Source of the DNA: Myxococcota bacterium
GTDB taxonomy: Bacteria > Myxococcota > XYA12-FULL-58-9 > JABJBS01
Reading direction: 5' to 3'
NCBI GenBank assembly: GCA_036339465.1
Contig: JAYZAY010000030.1
Span: 10,731-74,730, forward strand
DNA length: 64,000 nt
Below, piece after piece: positions 58,374-64,000 of this stretch; within the stretch, counting starts at the first letter, position 1; each line of letters starts with the position of its first letter. The notes under the pieces are model-generated. The model was not told the origin of the DNA, did not search any database, and worked only from the letters and a program-made list of their open reading frames with translations. Made by a program: the position numbers and the translations under genes.

Positions 58374-58841
58374 TTATGTCTCCGGTATATATTTCCATAC
58401 TTCGATTCTTAGAAACGCACCCTCAGATTCCATTGTTGTGGTCCCTATTTTTTGACAGTGTGGTATGTCCACGCTCAACTCCCTGCCCTCGGTAATCGTT
58501 GGCAGGGATAATAGACTCTTGGGAGCAAGCTTTCCCTTTATGAGTCCACCCACTTGGTTCGCCAACTCCCCCACAGCGTCGTGCACATCTTCGGCTTCTA
58601 CCTCTTCCCGATCCATTCCAAAAATGTGCCCAGCGGCTAACTTCGCTAACGTGTTCTCGAAATGTAGCGTGACACCACCCTTCCAATCTCCCTCCAAAAG
58701 GATTGAGCCAATGACAGATCTACCTTCAGGGCCCTCCGCAGCTGCGACATCTGGCTTCTTGACCAAACTAAACCCAAGCATTGGGCTCCAAACTTGACCT
58801 GTTATTCGAAAAATTTCGTCTGTTGCAATGCTGTCCGACAT
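58374..58841 (-). CDS. cheX: CheX-like phosphatase (copy 1)
   Basis: DAVGELANQVGGLIK (ExxN), LSLPTITEG; AGGAG RBS before ATG 58841. Confidence 0.85.
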   Translation of the reverse strand: MSDSIATDEIFRITGQVWSPMLGFSLVKKPDVAAAEGPEGRSVIGSILLEGDWKGGVTLHFENTLAKLAAGHIFGMDREEVEAEDVHDAVGELANQVGGLIKGKLAPKSLLSLPTITEGRELSVDIPHCQKIGTTTMESEGAFLRIEVWKYIPET

Positions 58842-59075
58842 TTTCCAATGGCTCCTGGCGTGGACGCGGAGTTTTGCTGCCTTGCCCCGGGACAAGCCCG
58901 AACTCAAGTCTCCCTACTAGATTGGCGCAATTGCGATTAAATTGCAAACGACGTGATTGGCAAGCTCTTAATCGTAGACTTAGTGAGTCGGAAAAAAGCG
59001 CGTTACTTTAGTGGTTATGCCAGGGCACGACGTCGGGTTTGGTGAGTGGATACAGTTAACTTGGCTTCTGGCACC

Positions 59076-59103
59076 ATCTTTTTGGGCTTTGATCTTTTTG
59101 GGC
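59076..59103. repeat. Perfect 12-bp direct repeat ATCTTTTTGGGC x2 (16-bp period)
   Basis: Copies at 59076-59087 and 59092-59103 in the gap upstream of cheX. Confidence 0.7.
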
Positions 59104-59121
59104 CTTTCTTTCTTTTAAGAG

Positions 59122-59209
59122 AAAAAAAATTGAGATTTCTGGGGTGTCTTGACGGGCGTTTCGATTGAATTTCGGTTCAAATGAGTAGAGATGAACCCGA
59201 TAATCTCAA
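59122..59209 (-). terminator. Candidate stem-loop followed by a U8 tract downstream of the kinase operon
   Basis: TTGAGATT (59130-59137) is complementary to AATCTCAA (59202-59209); A8 at 59122-59129 reads U8 on the minus strand. The loop is long for a canonical terminator. Confidence 0.3.
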
Positions 59210-59266
59210 ATATGGTTTTTCCCCAAAAAAAACTCCTATCTTTGGTTTTTCCGGCTTCATAGCAAT

Positions 59267-60568
59267 TTAGCTGAATCGTTGAATAACAAAGTCGAAATAC
59301 GCCGAAGTTCCTTGTCCGATATTACTTTCCAATCGGATATTTCCATCAAGTAGTTCCACGATCTGCTTGGCCACCGTTAGGCCGAGGCCTGCTCCACCGA
59401 ACTTACGCGTGAGCGAACCGTCTACCTGACGAAATGGTTCGAACATCTGGGATACCTTTTCCGGTGGGATCCCAACTCCCGTGTCGCGAACACAGAAAAA
59501 GAGGTGCAGGAGATCTCCGTTTACTTCGATTTTCTCGGTGAAAACATCGATCGATCCATCTTGGGTAAACTTAATCGAATTTTCAATAATGCAGTGTAAG
59601 AGTTGTTTGATTCTGCGCCGATCCCCGTAGCCAAATTCCGGCAAGTCGTCGCATTCAACACGCCATTCTAGATTTTTCTTTTCAGGAAATTGAGACTGAA
59701 TGTTTTCGACAACTTCGTGAATGGGACCCAGCAGGGAAAACTTCTCCCAGACGCTTTCCACCTGTCCTTCTTGGGCTTGGGCGACGTCAAGAATTTGACT
59801 AATGAGGGCCATTAAAGCATCGGCGCTTTCTTTGATTATTGAGATCGAATCTCGGTGGTCCATCGAAAGGGTATCATCCATGAGAAGGATATCGATAAAA
59901 CCCAAAATACCATTCATAGGAGTCCGCATTTCGTGACTCATATTGGCGAGAAATTCATCTTTAACTTGTGTGGCGGTGATGAGCTCGTCTTTTGTCTTTC
60001 TGATCTCCCTTGTCCGCTCATTGACCATGGCTTCAAGATGTTCGAGTTTGAGAAGCGCCAATTGGCTTAAGTTCCATTTTTGTCCAAGTGCTGTCGCAAG
60101 TTGGGTCACCTCAATCGGGTCGAATGGTTTTTTGAGAATGAGAATTCGGTCTGAATGGCCGAGATTCTCAAGGATTTCGTGCCAGGTATAATCCGCAAAT
60201 GCGGTACAAATGACGATCTGAATGTCATCTTCTACTTCGAATATTTTATGGATAGTTTCAAGCCCGTCCCAGCCAGGCGGCATCCGCATATCGACAAACG
60301 CGACTGAATAGGGGACACCTTGTTGACGCGCTTTGAGGATCTTATTGAAACCCTCTTCTCCCTGAGAGGCAAACGACAGCTCAAAATCGGGTCCTTCCCT
60401 GGCGGGAGGGCTGCTTGTTTCACTTTCTCCGAAAATACTGGCTTCTAGGGCTTCTAAACCCGATTGAGGTTTCTCGTGAAAAAAGATCTTCCTGAAATCT
60501 TCATGAATTGCGTCATTATCATCGATAATGATGAGCTTTAACCGCTTATTTTCATGGGGTTGCATCAT
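59267..60568 (-). CDS. Hybrid REC-HisKA-HATPase histidine kinase
   Basis: IIDDN..VDMRMPPGWDG..KPF, MSHEMRTP, DTGVG, GGAGLGL; ATGA overlap with the upstream kinase. Confidence 0.92.
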   Translation of the reverse strand: MMQPHENKRLKLIIIDDNDAIHEDFRKIFFHEKPQSGLEALEASIFGESETSSPPAREGPDFELSFASQGEEGFNKILKARQQGVPYSVAFVDMRMPPGWDGLETIHKIFEVEDDIQIVICTAFADYTWHEILENLGHSDRILILKKPFDPIEVTQLATALGQKWNLSQLALLKLEHLEAMVNERTREIRKTKDELITATQVKDEFLANMSHEMRTPMNGILGFIDILLMDDTLSMDHRDSISIIKESADALMALISQILDVAQAQEGQVESVWEKFSLLGPIHEVVENIQSQFPEKKNLEWRVECDDLPEFGYGDRRRIKQLLHCIIENSIKFTQDGSIDVFTEKIEVNGDLLHLFFCVRDTGVGIPPEKVSQMFEPFRQVDGSLTRKFGGAGLGLTVAKQIVELLDGNIRLESNIGQGTSAYFDFVIQRFS

Positions 60569-62430
60569 TGTTTTATTGCCCATTTAACTGGAATTTCCAG
60601 AGAAAAAACAGCACCATGTCCAAGTCCTTCGCTACTCGCTGAAAGATTTCCGCCCATTTCCTTTGCCGCGAGTGCTCCAGTATGAAGTCCGAAACCATGG
60701 CCAGATTTTTTCGTTGTAAAACCGTGAGCAAATATTCTTGTAAGGTTTTCCGCGCTGATCCCAACTCCATTATCTCCGATGTCAATGACCAGCCGATTTG
60801 ACCCGCGTACCCGGTTTTTGATCGTAATTGCCTTTTCATCGATGCCCGATTCAGCCAAGGAATCAGCGGCGTTCTTAACCAAATTGACAAGAATTTGAAG
60901 TACTTTTTGACGATCCATAAGGACTTCCGTTATTTTTGAAAGTTCGAATGATATCCCGATCTCGTTTTTTTGCAAGACGGATTCGTTGATATTTACCGCG
61001 TCTTCGACCAATTCGTCGATCGCGACTGGTTCAGATGGCCCGGACACTTTCGCGAACGATTGCTGAAGGCTGATGATGTCTTTAATATGATTGATGTTTT
61101 TTGTTAGACGAAGGATTTCAGTACTCATTAATTCTCGTTCTTGTTCCAGTATTCCAGAGAGAACTGACAAGTATTGTGGCAGTTTTTGTGCTCGATCATC
61201 GTGTGTGAAGAATTCTCCTAACTGCTTGCCATTTTGCTCTAGAAGTTCTGAGACTTTCTTGATGCCCATAAATTGCAGTTTTCGAACTTTTTCTTGCAAG
61301 AGGGTGGCCGAGACGTTCACGCTATTTAACACATTGCCCACATTATGGAGTACACCTGTGGCGACCTCTGCCATTCCGGCCTGCCTCGAAGCATCCACCA
61401 GTTGTCGCTGAGTTTCTGCTAGTTTGGCCTGGGCCATTTTTCTTTCTTGGATTTCGTCCGTGAGGCTTTCATTGGTATTACGTAGAGCGATGGCTTGCAT
61501 TTCAAGGCTTTGGACGTTGTTCTCGATGGCTGCTTGGTTGGCTTTTAGATTGTAGACCATGGTATTCATGGCTTCTCCCAGGGTGTCGTATCCAGAGGCT
61601 AGTTCAACCTTTACGGTTAGATCGCCTCCAGCAATGTTTTCAGCCAAGCGTACTTTTTTGAGTAGGTTGTCCGCAAATTCGTCCATTGCTCGGGCCATCT
61701 GGCCGATTTCATCCGTCGTTTCGATACGCAGTCTGCGACCTAATTTTCCTTTGCGTAGTTCATCTAGCATTTCGACGGTGCGAGCCAACGGTTTGGTGAT
61801 CATTTTCCTTATAGAAAATTGGACAAGGATAATGGACGAAAACATGGCGATGACAAAAACGAGGACCAGTAATTCTGCACGTCGCTTCGTTGAATCGATA
61901 ACTGTCTTTAGACTCGTTTTAAGGTCTTCTGAATATCGCCAGGAAAGTTTATCTAGGGCAGCTAAGATCTCGTTCTTTTGTGAGTCCAATTTGCCTAGTA
62001 GCTTTTGTTCGTTTTCTGTTAGCACGCTGTTTAATACTAGGGGCTGGTAGGTCGAAGTGGCGATTTCGGTAAAGGTTTTCAGGCTCAATTTTATTTTCCT
62101 AGCCTCATTTCTCTCTTCTTGAGGCAATTGCCTCAGTGTTATAATTCTATTAAGTGCGTTGAGCGCGTCCTCCGCTTCACGACTGGCCTGATTTATGTAG
62201 CCAGCTTCGCCGAACACAAAGGCATCTTCGTACAGTTTGGTTTGAGTTTCAAAGGCGGAGAGGGCGCTCTGGCTTTGCTGAGTGGCAGGGAAGATTGCAT
62301 TTGAAGTCTGATTGAGCTGCGCTTCGTTTTGGCGACCAGAATAGACACTAAGAATCATTGAAAGCATATAGCCCACGACAATGAAGCTAATACTGAGCCA
62401 AATTTTTCCGCTAATCTTCAAGGAGTTCAT
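60565..62430 (-). CDS. Membrane sensor histidine kinase with periplasmic helical domain and tandem HAMP
   Basis: 2 TM helices, DEIGQMARAMD and DTLGEAMNTM HAMPs, GMAEVATGVLHNVGN H-box, DNGVG, GHGFGL. Confidence 0.92.
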   Translation of the reverse strand: MNSLKISGKIWLSISFIVVGYMLSMILSVYSGRQNEAQLNQTSNAIFPATQQSQSALSAFETQTKLYEDAFVFGEAGYINQASREAEDALNALNRIITLRQLPQEERNEARKIKLSLKTFTEIATSTYQPLVLNSVLTENEQKLLGKLDSQKNEILAALDKLSWRYSEDLKTSLKTVIDSTKRRAELLVLVFVIAMFSSIILVQFSIRKMITKPLARTVEMLDELRKGKLGRRLRIETTDEIGQMARAMDEFADNLLKKVRLAENIAGGDLTVKVELASGYDTLGEAMNTMVYNLKANQAAIENNVQSLEMQAIALRNTNESLTDEIQERKMAQAKLAETQRQLVDASRQAGMAEVATGVLHNVGNVLNSVNVSATLLQEKVRKLQFMGIKKVSELLEQNGKQLGEFFTHDDRAQKLPQYLSVLSGILEQERELMSTEILRLTKNINHIKDIISLQQSFAKVSGPSEPVAIDELVEDAVNINESVLQKNEIGISFELSKITEVLMDRQKVLQILVNLVKNAADSLAESGIDEKAITIKNRVRGSNRLVIDIGDNGVGISAENLTRIFAHGFTTKKSGHGFGLHTGALAAKEMGGNLSASSEGLGHGAVFSLEIPVKWAIKQ

Positions 62431-62442
62431 TTTATTTCTAGC

Positions 62443-63816
62443 TTAGATACCGCTAATGGTCACGTCTCTCATCCGAATGGCCGGAGTCGAAGAGGAGCCA
62501 AACCACTGAGCTTTGGAGCCGAGAGCATCAATGCGTTGCAACATTTCCAAGAAGTTTCCGGCAATCGTAACTTCTTGAACTGGATGGACCAATTCACCAT
62601 TTTCAAACCATAGACCGTTGATTCCACGAGAATAGTCACCAGTGATTGGGTCGAGACCACGCCCCAGTCCTCGGGTAATCAGCAGAGTTCCACCGCTGTT
62701 TTGGAGTAGCTCTTCTTCTGAAATTGTGCCGGGAGCCAGAGTAAGATTGAAGCAGCCGATGTAGGGAAGGCCTCCAACTCCGCGCTGTCCGTTTGCAGTG
62801 CTTTTCCTGCCGGCCTTTTTGGCAGTGTAGTGATCATATAAATAGGTGTTCAAGATGCCTTTAGTCAAAAGTTCTTTTTTTTCGGCAGTATAGCCTTCGC
62901 CATCATAGTGTGAACTGCCGGGTTTGCGCTTTTGATAGGGGTCATCGGTAACCGTTAGTAGGGGAGAGCATATCTCTTCACCTATCTTATCACAAAGAAA
63001 GCTAGCCTTTTTGTATACAAGGTCCCCATCTAGGCCGCTGATTAGGCTCCCTACGACTCCGGTTGCCATTCTTGGTTCAAAAACAATTGTCGCATTTTGA
63101 GACTTAATGGCTCTGGCACCCAACATACGCGCGGCCCGATTTGCAGCTTTCTGTCCCACCGAGATATGAGGCTCTAAATCATCCAGCTGACAACCAGAAC
63201 TATACCAGAATTCTGTTTGAAGTTCGTTTTCTTTGACTGCCAGCGGCGTACACCAGGCGCTAATGCCTGTTCCGGCAGCTGTTTGTACGCTGCCCCCACT
63301 GGTTACCAAGACAGAATGGGATTGGCCACTTGAGATTCCACTGTCTCTAAATTTTGTTATGTGAGGATCCGTGGCTCTAGCGGCTTCTTCTATTTCAAAG
63401 GCCCATCGAATCTTTTCCGAGGTTTCGAGTTCAACGATCCGAGGATCGTAGAGTTCCAGATCCTTAACAGTGTCTTTGTTCCCCGTAGGTGATGGCGCAA
63501 TGCCGTGGTTAGGATCGGCTTCCATTTCTTTTGCCAAGCTTACGGCGCGTTCTGCAAGCTCTGCAAGGCTGGTCGAAGAGAAATCGCTGGTACTACATAC
63601 GGCTTGTCGGTGTTGTGATATAACCCTTAAACCAAGTGATTTTGATGTTGCTTGCGTTAGATTTATTATTTTTCCGTCCGCAACTTTGACCTCAAACTCG
63701 GTTCCATATGAAACGACGGCATCTGCTTCGTCTGCTCCGAATCCTTTTGCTTTGGCAAGGGCTGTTTCGGCCATTTTAATCAGTTGGTCCGTGTTTTGAA
63801 GAGAATGTTCTGACAT
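62443..63816 (-). CDS. pmbA: TldE/PmbA peptidase subunit
   Basis: DDP...GS..YDGEG, STAN, DPITGDYSRG, EVTIAGN; downstream of tldD. Confidence 0.92.
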   Translation of the reverse strand: MSEHSLQNTDQLIKMAETALAKAKGFGADEADAVVSYGTEFEVKVADGKIINLTQATSKSLGLRVISQHRQAVCSTSDFSSTSLAELAERAVSLAKEMEADPNHGIAPSPTGNKDTVKDLELYDPRIVELETSEKIRWAFEIEEAARATDPHITKFRDSGISSGQSHSVLVTSGGSVQTAAGTGISAWCTPLAVKENELQTEFWYSSGCQLDDLEPHISVGQKAANRAARMLGARAIKSQNATIVFEPRMATGVVGSLISGLDGDLVYKKASFLCDKIGEEICSPLLTVTDDPYQKRKPGSSHYDGEGYTAEKKELLTKGILNTYLYDHYTAKKAGRKSTANGQRGVGGLPYIGCFNLTLAPGTISEEELLQNSGGTLLITRGLGRGLDPITGDYSRGINGLWFENGELVHPVQEVTIAGNFLEMLQRIDALGSKAQWFGSSSTPAIRMRDVTISGI

Positions 63817-63826
63817 GGTTGTTCCG

Positions 63827-64000
63827 TTAGCTTAGGTTTGTCCCGCCCACTGTAATATTATCAATTCGAATCGTTGGCATACCGACGCCGACTGGAACGG
63901 ACTGGCCATCTTTACCGCAAGTCCCGATACCAGGATCGAGTTCTGGATTGTCTGCAACCATGGTTACATTCTTCAAGGTCTCTGGACCCAAGCCAATCAG
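63827..64000 (-). CDS. tldD: TldD metalloprotease, C-terminal 57 aa (rest outside window)
   Basis: Manual translation LIGLGPETL..DPGIGTCGKDGQSVPVGVGMPTIRIDNITVGGT; not in the ORF track. Confidence 0.93.
   Translation of the reverse strand: MIGLGPETLKNVTMVADNPELDPGIGTCGKDGQSVPVGVGMPTIRIDNITVGGTNLS

Noticed and set aside
58984..59010. sigma28-like promoter for cheX on the minus strand (TAAAG...CCGACTC)
   Set aside because: Spacing is one base short and the -10 match is weak.
1..64000. CRISPR arrays, tRNA/rRNA genes, prophage or defence systems
   Set aside because: No spaced direct-repeat arrays, tRNA cloverleaf signatures, or phage/defence motifs seen by eye; a tRNAscan/Infernal run would be needed to exclude small RNAs.

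Overview
Bacterial chromosomal window, roughly 45-50% GC by eye. Gene content suggests a Myxococcota/deltaproteobacterial-type organism (inference). It opens with the origin-region block mnmE-mnmG-parS-parS-rsmG-parA-parB. Housekeeping genes follow: aroE, ribF, lpdA, two SurA/PpiC foldases, moaC, hemD, ccsA-hemA, cyoE plus an ABC-2 pair, rsmE, glmU-glmS and tldD-pmbA. Accessory loci are an nfeD-floA operon, a type IVa minor-pilin operon (pilV-W-X-Y1-fimU) with unusually Cys-rich PilW and PilY1, and a chemotaxis cluster (2x cheR, 2x cheX, cheB, cheY) that lacks cheA/cheW/MCP and sits beside two histidine kinases. The best candidate for an undescribed system is at 43.8-49.3 kb: an orphan SycD/LcrH-type T3SS class II chaperone converging on two uncharacterised, signal-peptide-less, secretion-substrate-like proteins, directly behind the pilin operon and a putative beta-barrel protein. 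Three gaps missed by the ORF track look like decayed genes: an IS66 tnpC remnant, a tmk-like remnant and a stop-depleted 1.5 kb frame after parB. I saw no rRNA, tRNA or CRISPR array. All calls are motif-based; no database searches were run.
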